Of a stretch of 64,000 bases of DNA, positions 38,583-47,900 are shown one piece after another. Position 1 is the first letter of the stretch. Every line of letters begins with the position of its first letter. The notes beneath the pieces were generated by a model. It was not told the origin of the DNA and made no database searches. It was given only the letters and a program-made list of their open reading frames with translations. Made by a program: the position numbers and the translations under genes. This DNA is from a bacterium (lineage in GTDB: Bacteria > UBA8248), in the NCBI GenBank assembly GCA_965261085.1, contig OZ253442.1, positions 1,536,001-1,600,000 on the forward strand. The letters are read 5' to 3'.

Positions 38583-39521
38583 ATGAGTGATACATCGAAT
38601 GGCGGCGTCGCCCTCGAGGCGGCGCCCGAGACGCGCAAAATCGGCGTGGTCGGGGTCAAGACGCGCTTCGGCGCGCGGCCGGTTCATCACACCTACGGGG
38701 AATTGCGCCTTCGCGTCGGCATGAAGGTCATGCTCAAGAGCAACGATGGGGATACGGAGTTCGGCGAGATATCCGAGAATCCCCGGGTCATGGGTTCGCG
38801 CTATTATCCCGAGCCCCTCCCCGAGGTGTTGCGGATGGCCACCGAGGATGATGAGAAAAAGGTGGTCCGCACCGAGGCGAACGAGAAAAACGCCTATGAT
38901 TTTTGCCGGACGAAAATATCGGAACTCAAACTGCCCATGCGCCTCATCGAGGTTCGCTACATTCACTCGAACAAAAAGGCGACGTTTTATTTCTCCTCCG
39001 ACGGGCGCGTGGATTTCCGCAAACTGGTGCGGGTGCTCGCCGAGCGCCTCTCCGTTCGTGTGGAGATGCGCCAGATCGGCGTGCGCGACGAGGCGGGCAT
39101 GAAGGGCGGTTGTGGAGATTGCGGGCGCACCTATTGCTGCAGTTCCTTTCTCAAGTCGTTCGACCCCATTTCCGTCCGCATGGCGAAGGATCAGAGTCTG
39201 AGCTTAAATCCCGTCAAACTTTCCGGCGGCTGCGGGCGGCTCAAGTGCTGCCTTCGCTTCGAGCATTCCCACTACGTGTCGGTGAAGAAGAAATTGCCCG
39301 CGTGCAAGAAGAAAGTCGGCGGCTGCAACTGCGGCGCGACCGTCGTGCGTCAGGACCTGCTCAAAGAAGAGGTCACCCTGGCTCTCGAAACGGGAGATTT
39401 CATGACGGTTCACGCGAAGGATTTGATGCGCTTGCCCACGGGCCAGTTCTCGCTTAAAGCCGCCGTCGAGACCGATGCGCCCGGAGATGTTCCAAATAAG
39501 GAAAACGGCCCGAAACGATGA
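38583..39521 (+). CDS. PSP1/YaaT (RicT) family protein
   Basis: RVDFRKLV, EMRQIGVRDEA, CGRTYCC and SGGCGRLKCCL. Confidence 0.92.
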   Translation: MSDTSNGGVALEAAPETRKIGVVGVKTRFGARPVHHTYGELRLRVGMKVMLKSNDGDTEFGEISENPRVMGSRYYPEPLPEVLRMATEDDEKKVVRTEANEKNAYDFCRTKISELKLPMRLIEVRYIHSNKKATFYFSSDGRVDFRKLVRVLAERLSVRVEMRQIGVRDEAGMKGGCGDCGRTYCCSSFLKSFDPISVRMAKDQSLSLNPVKLSGGCGRLKCCLRFEHSHYVSVKKKLPACKKKVGGCNCGATVVRQDLLKEEVTLALETGDFMTVHAKDLMRLPTGQFSLKAAVETDAPGDVPNKENGPKR

Positions 39522-41467
39522 GCAAAAAACCATTTTACGTCTCTACGCCGATATATTACGTCAACGACAAGCCGCATCTCGGTCATGCCTACACGACGGT
39601 GGCGTGCGACGCCAAGGCCCGCTTCCACAGGCTGCGCGGCGAGCCGACGCAGTTTCTCACCGGAACCGACGAGCACGGCCAGAAGCTCGAGCGCGCGGCC
39701 AGAGAAGCCGGCATGTCGCCCCTGGCGTTCTGCGACATGAACAGCGCGAAGTTCCGCGAACTCTGGGAGAAGCTCGATATCTCCTATGACGATTACATCC
39801 GCACGACGGAGGAGCGCCACATTCGCGGCGTGCAGGAACTCTGGCGCCGCGTGGAGGCGGCGGGCGACATCTACCTGGGCGCCTACGCCGGCTGGTACGC
39901 CGTTCGGGACGAGGCCTTCTACACCGAGAGCGAACTCACGGAAGCCCCCGGAGGCGTGAAACTCGGCCCCACGGGTGCGGAGGTCGAATGGGTGGAGGAG
40001 CCGAGCTATTTCTTTCGACTGAGCAATTACGCCGAGCCGCTCCTCGCGCACTATGAGAAAAATCCCCTGTTCGTTCAGCCCGAGAGCCGAAGAAACGAGG
40101 TGATGAGCTTCGTGCGGGGCGGACTCAAGGATCTTTCCCTCTCACGCACGAGCTTTCAGTGGGGAATCCCCGTGCCGGGGGATGAGAAACACGTGATCTA
40201 CGTGTGGTTCGACGCGCTGAGCAACTACCTGACCGCTCCGGGCTTCGATGAGAACGGGGTTCGCGAGGGAAGCCCCTGGCCGACGGACCAGCATTTCATC
40301 GGCAAGGACATTCTGAGGTTTCACGCGGTCTACTGGCCCGCCTTTTTGCTCTCCGCCGGGGTTCCCCTGCCGGGCCAAGTCTTCAGCCACGGGTGGTGGA
40401 CGGTCGAGGGCCAGAAGATGTCCAAGAGCCTGGGCAACGCGGTCGACCCGCACTGGCTGATCGAGGAATACGGCGTCGACGCCATCCGCTATTTCCTGCT
40501 CAAGGAAATCCCCTTCGGGCTGGATGGGGATTTCTCCCACAACGCGCTGATCGACCGCATCAACAGCGACCTGGCGAACGATCTGGGAAACCTGCTGCAC
40601 CGGACCCTGAGCATGGTGAAGCGCTACAGAGAGGGCCGGCTGGAGCGCTCCCCGGCGGGCGATTCCGAGGCGGAGAGCGCGTTTCGCGAGTTCGTCGCCG
40701 AGGCGGCCGTGAAATACGAGCGCGGCATGTCGGCGACCCGCTTCCAGCACGGCTTGAGGGCCGCTTGGGAGGTGATTTCCTGCGCGAATAAATACATCGA
40801 CTCGAACGCCCCCTGGGCGCTCGCCAAAGAGGGCGACGAAGCCCGCCTTGGTTCGGTGCTCTGGCACGCGGTGGCGGCGATTCGCGTCGTCGCGGCCATG
40901 ATATCGCCCGTCATGCCCGCCTCCGCGCAGAAGATAGCGGCGCAACTCGGTCTGGCCGAAGACTGGGCGAGCGCGCCTTATTCCGAATTGATGGACATGC
41001 GGGGGTTGCCGGAGGAGCTGATCACCAGGCTTGGGCTTCCTCTGTTTCCGCGCATCGAGGCTGAGGCGAAAGAAGCCATCCAGGAGAAGGTGGCCAGGCG
41101 CATCGCCGGTGGTGCGGAGGCCGCGCCGGAAGAGGATGCGAAAGAGCGGATATCCTTCAAGGAATTTCAGAAAATGGATTTGCGCACCGCCCAGGTGCTC
41201 GAAGCCGAGCGTATTCCGAAGTCGAAAAATTTGCTGAAGCTCACCGTTTCTCTCGGAGAGGAAACTCGGACCGTCGTGGCGGGTCTGGCGAAACACTACG
41301 CGCCCGAGGATTTGCGGGGCCGCCAGGTGATCCTGGTGGCCAATCTCGAGCCCGCGAAGCTCATGGGCGTCGAGTCGCAGGGCATGGTCCTCGCCGCCGA
41401 GGATGGCGAGAAGCTCCTGCTCGCAGGCGTGGATAAAGCGGTGGCGCCGGGCGCGCCGATTAGGTGA
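39518..41467 (+). CDS. metG: Methionyl-tRNA synthetase with C-terminal tRNA-binding domain
   Basis: HLGH, GTDEHG, KMSKS and an OB-fold with ESQGM. Confidence 0.98.
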   Translation: MSKKPFYVSTPIYYVNDKPHLGHAYTTVACDAKARFHRLRGEPTQFLTGTDEHGQKLERAAREAGMSPLAFCDMNSAKFRELWEKLDISYDDYIRTTEERHIRGVQELWRRVEAAGDIYLGAYAGWYAVRDEAFYTESELTEAPGGVKLGPTGAEVEWVEEPSYFFRLSNYAEPLLAHYEKNPLFVQPESRRNEVMSFVRGGLKDLSLSRTSFQWGIPVPGDEKHVIYVWFDALSNYLTAPGFDENGVREGSPWPTDQHFIGKDILRFHAVYWPAFLLSAGVPLPGQVFSHGWWTVEGQKMSKSLGNAVDPHWLIEEYGVDAIRYFLLKEIPFGLDGDFSHNALIDRINSDLANDLGNLLHRTLSMVKRYREGRLERSPAGDSEAESAFREFVAEAAVKYERGMSATRFQHGLRAAWEVISCANKYIDSNAPWALAKEGDEARLGSVLWHAVAAIRVVAAMISPVMPASAQKIAAQLGLAEDWASAPYSELMDMRGLPEELITRLGLPLFPRIEAEAKEAIQEKVARRIAGGAEAAPEEDAKERISFKEFQKMDLRTAQVLEAERIPKSKNLLKLTVSLGEETRTVVAGLAKHYAPEDLRGRQVILVANLEPAKLMGVESQGMVLAAEDGEKLLLAGVDKAVAPGAPIR

Positions 41468-41506
41468 AGACGAGACGCCCCGCCCAGAAGAATTGGAGTT
41501 TGTGGA

Positions 41507-43237
41507 GTGAATGAATCAGTCGAGTCCGGGCCGGACTCATCCGGAGATAAGGACTCATTCTCAGGCGCGGAAAAAAAAGGACGACCCAACCGTCGCAGAC
41601 GCAGACGCGGCCGGAGGGGCGGGAAACGCGCAGAACACACGGAACGGCCGAATACATCCGCGAAAACCGAACCCGCCGTGCGCGCGCAAAACGGGGAGAA
41701 AACAGTTGCGCGCCCGGAAAACGGCGCATCGCGGGATGCCGATTCCCGGCGCAAGCCTCACGGGCGCAAGGGCAGGAACCGCCCGCGCGAAGAGCGGAGG
41801 CAAAGACCCAAACCGCAGGTCATCATCGCCGATCTGCCCGATACGAACGGCCTGCCCGTACTGGTGGACACCCACGCCCATCTCATCGACAAGGCGTTCG
41901 AGCCGGACCGCCAGGGGGTGGTGGAGCGCGCCATCGAGGAGGGGGTGCACTACATCATTTCGATGGGCACCTGCCTGGAGTCGAGCCGCGATACCCTGGA
42001 CCTCGCGGCGTCCTACGCGGGCGTCTACGCGGCGGTGGGCGTGCATCCGAGCGACGTCAAGGACGTAGACGAGCGAACCATCAGGGATATCGCCAGGCTC
42101 GCGGAGGATCCCAAAGCGGTGGCCGTCGGCGAGATCGGGCTGGACTACTACCGGGACAACGCCCCGCGCAAGACCCAGCGCAGGTGGTTTCGGGAGCAAA
42201 TCAGGCTGGCCGTCGAGGTGGGCAAGCCCATCGTCGTCCATTGCCGAGACGCGGCGGATGACGTTTATGAAGTACTCAATGAAGAAAAGGCGTGGCGCGC
42301 GGGCGGGGTCATCCATTGCTTCACGGGCGATGACGAGCAGGCGCGAAAATTTCTGGACATCGATTTTCATCTGGGCGCGGGCGGAGCCATCACCTTTTCG
42401 CGCTCAGAAGAACTCCGCGAAGTCTTCGAGCGCATCCCCATCGAGCGCGTGCTGCTCGAGACGGACAGCCCCTATCTCGCCCCCCCGCCCCACCGGGGCA
42501 AGCGAAACGAACCGGCTTACGTCGCGCGCGTGGCGGAGACCCTCGCCGAACTCCACGGGATGTCGACGGAGGAGGTGACGCGCCTCACCACGGAGAACGT
42601 GCGCCGCCTGTTCGGGGTAGGACCGGAACGCGACGGGGGGAGCATCGCCTATTCCCTCGGCGATACGCTGTATCTCAACATCACGAACGATTGCCAGAAT
42701 TCGTGTTTTTTCTGCGGTCTTCTGAGCGATTGCGTCTACAAGGGCCACAATCTGGCTCTTCAAGCAGAACCCGACGCGGGCGAGGTTCTCGCCGCCGTGG
42801 GCGACCCGTCCCGTTACGAGGAAGTCGTCTTTAGCGGATTCGGCGAGCCGACGCTTAGGCTCGACGTGGTGAAGGAGGTGGCGGGCGAGCTCAAGCGCCG
42901 GGGCGCCAGGCGAATCCGCCTGGTGACGAACGGACTTGCGAACAAGACGCACGAGAGAAACATTCTGCCCGAGTTGGGCGGCCTCGTGGACGCGATATCC
43001 ATCAGCATGCAGGCGGAAAGCCCCGAGGCCTATGCGAAAATCTGCAAGACCAAGGACATCGAAGACCCCTACCCGCTGGTCAAGGAGTTCGTCCGCTGGG
43101 CGAAGAACTACATCCCCGAAGTAGAGGTGACGGCGGTCAACATGTCCGGCCTCATCGACATCGAAGCGTGCGAGAAGGTGGCGACCGAGGAGTTGGGCGT
43201 GCCCTTCAGAGCGCACGATTACGTGCGGATGGATTAG
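41507..43237 (+). CDS. tatD: TatD hydrolase fused to radical-SAM domain, with Arg-rich N-terminal tail
   Basis: DTHAH, GEIGLDY, HC and ETDSPY, followed by CQNSCFFC and FSGFGEP. Confidence 0.9.
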   Translation: MNESVESGPDSSGDKDSFSGAEKKGRPNRRRRRRGRRGGKRAEHTERPNTSAKTEPAVRAQNGEKTVARPENGASRDADSRRKPHGRKGRNRPREERRQRPKPQVIIADLPDTNGLPVLVDTHAHLIDKAFEPDRQGVVERAIEEGVHYIISMGTCLESSRDTLDLAASYAGVYAAVGVHPSDVKDVDERTIRDIARLAEDPKAVAVGEIGLDYYRDNAPRKTQRRWFREQIRLAVEVGKPIVVHCRDAADDVYEVLNEEKAWRAGGVIHCFTGDDEQARKFLDIDFHLGAGGAITFSRSEELREVFERIPIERVLLETDSPYLAPPPHRGKRNEPAYVARVAETLAELHGMSTEEVTRLTTENVRRLFGVGPERDGGSIAYSLGDTLYLNITNDCQNSCFFCGLLSDCVYKGHNLALQAEPDAGEVLAAVGDPSRYEEVVFSGFGEPTLRLDVVKEVAGELKRRGARRIRLVTNGLANKTHERNILPELGGLVDAISISMQAESPEAYAKICKTKDIEDPYPLVKEFVRWAKNYIPEVEVTAVNMSGLIDIEACEKVATEELGVPFRAHDYVRMD

Positions 43238-43271
43238 GTCAATCCCGACCGATGAGGGAGGGGCTGTTTTT

Positions 43272-43598
43272 GTAGGGACAGGCCGCGTCCTGTCCCTACG
43301 GCGAAAACTTTTGTAGGGGTCGCATATATGCGACCCGCCTTTTTTCGGGTGGCCTGCGTGCCCACCTCTTCATACATCATACCTGAGAACACGCGGTAGG
43401 GGCGGTTCTCGAACGGTGGGACAGCCCCGAAGAGGGGCTGTCCCTACGGGGAACTCCCGTATGCGGGCAGGTTTTGTTCGTCGTTTCAAGCCGATACCTT
43501 CCCCGCCTGCGCGGGACGCATATATGCGTCCCCTACACTTACGTCTACGCGAATGAAGGGTGGACACACAGGTGGCAGACATATATGTCTGACCCTAC
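43272..43598. repeat. Cluster of GTAG-type REP-like palindromes
   Basis: GTAGGGACAGG-n6-CCTGTCCCTAC (43272), GTAGGGGTCGCATATATGCGACCC (43313), GGGACAGCCCC..GGGGCTGTCCCTAC (43418), GGGACGCATATATGCGTCCCCTAC (43513) and CAGACATATATGTCTGACCCTAC (ends 43598). Confidence 0.85.
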
Positions 43599-43810
43599 AA
43601 AAACCACCGCAATCCGGGATATTCTCCCCTGAGGGGGAGTAATTCCCCAAGCTAGTCGTTCCCGATCGAAAAGAAGTTTGCCGTCTACAGAACAATAAAC
43701 AACCCGGCCCCGTTGGGGTAGAATGGCCCCATGAATAACCGACATTCCCCGGAAAAATTTACGAGGCCCTTTCAGCCGAATCCGCGCATCATCCTTTGGA
43801 ACGACAGGCG

Positions 43811-44749
43811 ATGAACCGGCCCTTCTTCATCCTCTCACTCGACGGCGGGGGCTCGCTCGGGGTCTACACCCTGGGCGTGCTGGCCGAGGTGGAGCGCATG
43901 CTGGGACGCCCCCTGCACGAGATGTTCGACCTTGCCTACGGCGTCAGCACGGGTTCGATCATCGCCTCGATGGTGGCCCTGGGCGACCCGGTCGAGCCGA
44001 CGATTGCGGAGCGCTATTTCGAGCTTGCGCCCGACGTGCTGGGGCCATTGCTCGCGCGCTCGAAGACAAAGGCGCTTGAGCGGCACTCCCAAAGAATCTA
44101 TGGCGAGAGAACTTTTGAGGATTTCACGATGGACGTCGGAATCCTCGCTACGCACGCGGAACATGATCGCCCCATGGTGTTCAAAAGAGTCGTCAAACAA
44201 GCCGGCGGCGGCCCCGATAGTTTCTTATCGGGCCGGGGCCTCAAAATATCGGATGCGATTATGGCGTCTTGCGCCGCCTATCCGTTCCTGAAATACAAGC
44301 GCATCGCCATGCCCATTCATGGTGAGCGCACCGCGCTCGATGGCGGGTTCACGGCGAACAACCCCACGCTTTTCGCCATCGCGGACGCCCTCGGGCCGCT
44401 CGGCGTCGCCCGGGAGGATATCCGCATACTGAGCGTCGGGACGGGCAGTTATCCCGAGACGCGCAAATGGACGCGGCGGATTATCGCAGGAGTACGGCCG
44501 ATCAAGACCTTCATGACGCTCTCGAGAACGAGTTCGAACACCGTCGATACGCTGCGCGATCTTTTCTTCCCGGACATTAAAACCCTGCGGATCAACGAGT
44601 CGTTCACCGACAGCGCCTATGAGACGGATTTCATGGAGCACGACCCGGGAAAGCTCAAGAGCATATTCCAACTCGGGCGCAAATCCTTCGAGGGCGCCGA
44701 GGCCTGCCTGCGGGATTTTTTCAAGGATGCGCAGCCGCAGGCGAAGTGA
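43811..44749 (+). CDS. Patatin-like phospholipase
   Basis: DGGGSLG, GVSTG (GxSxG) and DGG..ANNP. Confidence 0.92.
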   Translation: MNRPFFILSLDGGGSLGVYTLGVLAEVERMLGRPLHEMFDLAYGVSTGSIIASMVALGDPVEPTIAERYFELAPDVLGPLLARSKTKALERHSQRIYGERTFEDFTMDVGILATHAEHDRPMVFKRVVKQAGGGPDSFLSGRGLKISDAIMASCAAYPFLKYKRIAMPIHGERTALDGGFTANNPTLFAIADALGPLGVAREDIRILSVGTGSYPETRKWTRRIIAGVRPIKTFMTLSRTSSNTVDTLRDLFFPDIKTLRINESFTDSAYETDFMEHDPGKLKSIFQLGRKSFEGAEACLRDFFKDAQPQAK

Positions 44750-44761
44750 GGTTTTGACGTT

Positions 44762-44880
44762 GTAGGGGCGGACCTGCGTGTCCGCCCTTTTTTGTTTTCT
44801 TTCTTGTTCGCGTAAGTAGGTTCGTGGTTTTCCTGTTGCGGGCGGACACGCAGGTGGCAGACATATATGTCTGACCCTAC
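44762..44880. repeat. Inverted pair of GTAG-type REP-like palindromes
   Basis: GTAGGGGCGGACCTGCGTGTCCGCCC ... GGGCGGACACGCAGGTGGCAGACATATATGTCTGACCCTAC. Confidence 0.85.
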
Positions 44881-44963
44881 GGTAGTCATCCCCGACCGGT
44901 AAAAGAACGCGCCCTTGAGGCGTGGATTCCATCCGCCCCCGTTTGGGGTAGAATGCCTCCGCT

Positions 44964-47900
44964 ATGGACAGACACTCATTTCATCCGCTGATTACGCGCT
45001 GGTTCTGTGAGAAATTCGGGGAGCCGAGCGCTCCCCAGGATGCGGGCTGGCCCGAGATAGCCACCGGGCGCGACACGCTCATCGCGGCCCCCACGGGCAC
45101 GGGCAAGACGCTGGCCGCCTTCTTGTGGTCTCTCGATTCACTCATTCGAGACGCGCTTGCGGGTGAACTCGAAGACGCCTGCCGCCTCGTCTACATCTCT
45201 CCCTTAAAAGCGCTCGGCAACGACATCCAGAAGAACTTGCAGGAGCCTTTGAGCGAAATCCGCGCGCTCGCGCGAGAAGAGGGCGTGGAGCTTCCCGAGA
45301 TCCGCGTGGCGGTGCGCTCGGGCGACACGCCCGCGCGAGAGCGCAGGCTCATGCTCAAAAAACGCCCCCACATCCTCATCACCACGCCTGAATCGCTCTA
45401 TATCCTCTTAACGGCCGAGCGAAGCCGGAAGGTGCTGGAATCCGCGCGCGCCGTCATCGTGGATGAGATTCACGCGGTCGCAGGGGATAAGCGCGGCGCG
45501 CACCTGGCGCTTTCTCTGGAGCGGCTCGACGCGCTTTGTAATGATCGGCTCCAGCGCATCGGCCTGAGCGCCACGCAAAAGCCGATTGACGAGATAGCGC
45601 GCCTGCTCATCGGCGCGGGGAGGCGTAGGGAGGACGGTTCTCCTGATTGCGCTATCGTGGACGTGGGCCACAAGCGCGAGATGGCGCTCACAGTCGAGGT
45701 GGCCGATCTGGATATCGGCCCCATCGCCTCGCACGAGTACTGGGCCGAGGTGTTCGAGCGCATCGCCGCCCACATCGAGAGCCACCGCACCACCATCGTG
45801 TTCGTCCACACGAGGCGGCTGGCGGAGCGCGTCTCCCACCGGCTCACGGAGAAACTCGGCGAGGGGCGCGTGGCCGCGCACCACGGCTCCTTGTCGCGCA
45901 AAATCCGCTTAGACGCCGAAGAAAGACTCAAATCCGGCGCACTCGCGGCCATCGTCGCCACGGCGTCGCTCGAACTCGGAATCGACATCGGCCACGTCGA
46001 CCTCGTCTGCCACCTGGGCGCGCCGAGAACGCTCGCTTCCCTGCTTCAGCGCGTGGGGCGTTCGGGCCACTGGAAGGGCGCGGTGCCGAAGGGAATCGTC
46101 TTTCCCCTGACGAGGGACGAACTGTTGCAAAGCGCCGCCGCGATTCGCTCGGTGCGGGGAGGCGCGCTCGACCTGGTGGTCTTCCCCAAAGCGCCCCTCG
46201 ACATCCTGGCCCAGCAGATGGTGGCCGAGGTCGCGGCGCAAGAAGAGGTGGAAGAAGAGGCGCTGTGGTCGCTCATCAGGCGCGCTCAGCCTTACGGGGA
46301 GCTTGAGCGGAGCGTTTTCGAGGACGTGCTCGAGATGCTCTCGGAAGGCATTTCCACCAGCCGGGGCAGGCGCACCGCCTACCTGCACAGAGACCGCGTG
46401 AACGCCCTCTTGAGACCGAGGCGCGGTGCGCGACTTTGCGCCATCACTTCGGGCGGCGCGATTCCCGACACGGCGGATTACGACGTGGTCGAAGGCGCGG
46501 CGGAGACCTTCGTGGGCAAGGTGAACGAGGATTTCGCCATCGAATCGAACGCGGGCGACATTTTCCTGCTCGGCAACCACTCCTGGCGCGTCAAGCGCGT
46601 GGAGCGCGGCAAGGTGCGCGTGGAGGACGCCGAGGGTCTTCCGCCCAACATCCCCTTCTGGCTGGGCGAGGCGCCCTCGCGCACGGCGGAACTCTCGGAA
46701 GCCGTCTCCGCGCTCAGGAGTGAGTTGGCGGGGCGTCTCGACGCTCCGGGCGAGGCGATTCGGTGGATGCGCGCCGAATGCGGGCTTTACGCCGCAGGCG
46801 CATCGCAGCTTATTGATTACGTGCGCGAGACCGTGCGGGTGCTGGGCCGCGTGCCCACGCAGGGCGAGATCGTGGCCGAGCGGTTTTTCGACGAGGCGGG
46901 CGGGATGCAGCTCGTGATTCACTCGCCTTATGGAGGGCGCATCAACCGCGCGTGGGGCCATACGCTCAGGAAGCGCTTTTGCCTCACGTTCGATTTCGAA
47001 CTCCAGGCCGCCGCCACGGACGACGGCATCGTACTCTCGCTCTCATCGCAGCACAGCTTTCCGCTCGAATCGATTTTCGGCTACGCGCGCCTGGCTTCGC
47101 TCAAGAAAGACATGCTCCAGTCCGCCCTGCAGTCGCCCATGTTCACCAACCGCTGGCGCTGGAACGCCACGCGAGCCCTCGCCCTGCCGAGGCGCAGCGG
47201 GGGCAAGAAGGTGCCGGTCGCGATTCAGCGCATGCGCGCGGAGGATTTGCTCGCCGCCGTCTTCCCGGCTCAACTCGCATGTCAGGACAACCACCACGGC
47301 CCCATCGAGCCTCCCGACCATCCCCTGGTGAACGAGACGGTGGAGAACTGCCTGACGGAAGCAATGGACATCGAGAGTCTGAGGGCGCTCATCGCCGAGG
47401 TCGAAAGCGGAAAAATCATGACTTTCGGCGTCGAGACACCAGCGCCCTCGCTCATGTCGCACGAGATACTGAACGCGAATCCCTACGCCTTCATCGACGA
47501 CGCTCCATTGGAGGAGCGCCGCTCACGCGCGGTGCCGCTCAGGCGCGCCCTGCCCGATGACGCGGAAAACGCCCGGCTCGACGCAGACGTCATCGAAGAA
47601 GTTTGCGAGCAGGCCTGGCCTGCTCCGCGCGACGCGGATGAGCTGCACGACGCGCTGCTCTCTCTTTGCGTGCTGCCGGTGGAGGAAGCGGGCGAATGGT
47701 CCGCCTGGGTGGATGAACTCCTCGCCCGGAACCGCGTGGCGAAAGCGGCTTGGGGGGCGGAGGGCGTCGAACGGGAAGGCTTGGTTCCGGCGGAGAGAAT
47801 GGCGCTGATACGCGCTGCGATCCCCGGAATCAAGCTCACGCCAGAGTCGATTCCCTTCCAGGGGGATGAGGCGGAAACGCCCGCGCAGGATGAGGCGGCT

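Noticed and set aside
43238-43700. Possible CRISPR array
   Set aside because: The repeats are variable palindromes in mixed orientation with irregular spacing, and there are no cas genes.
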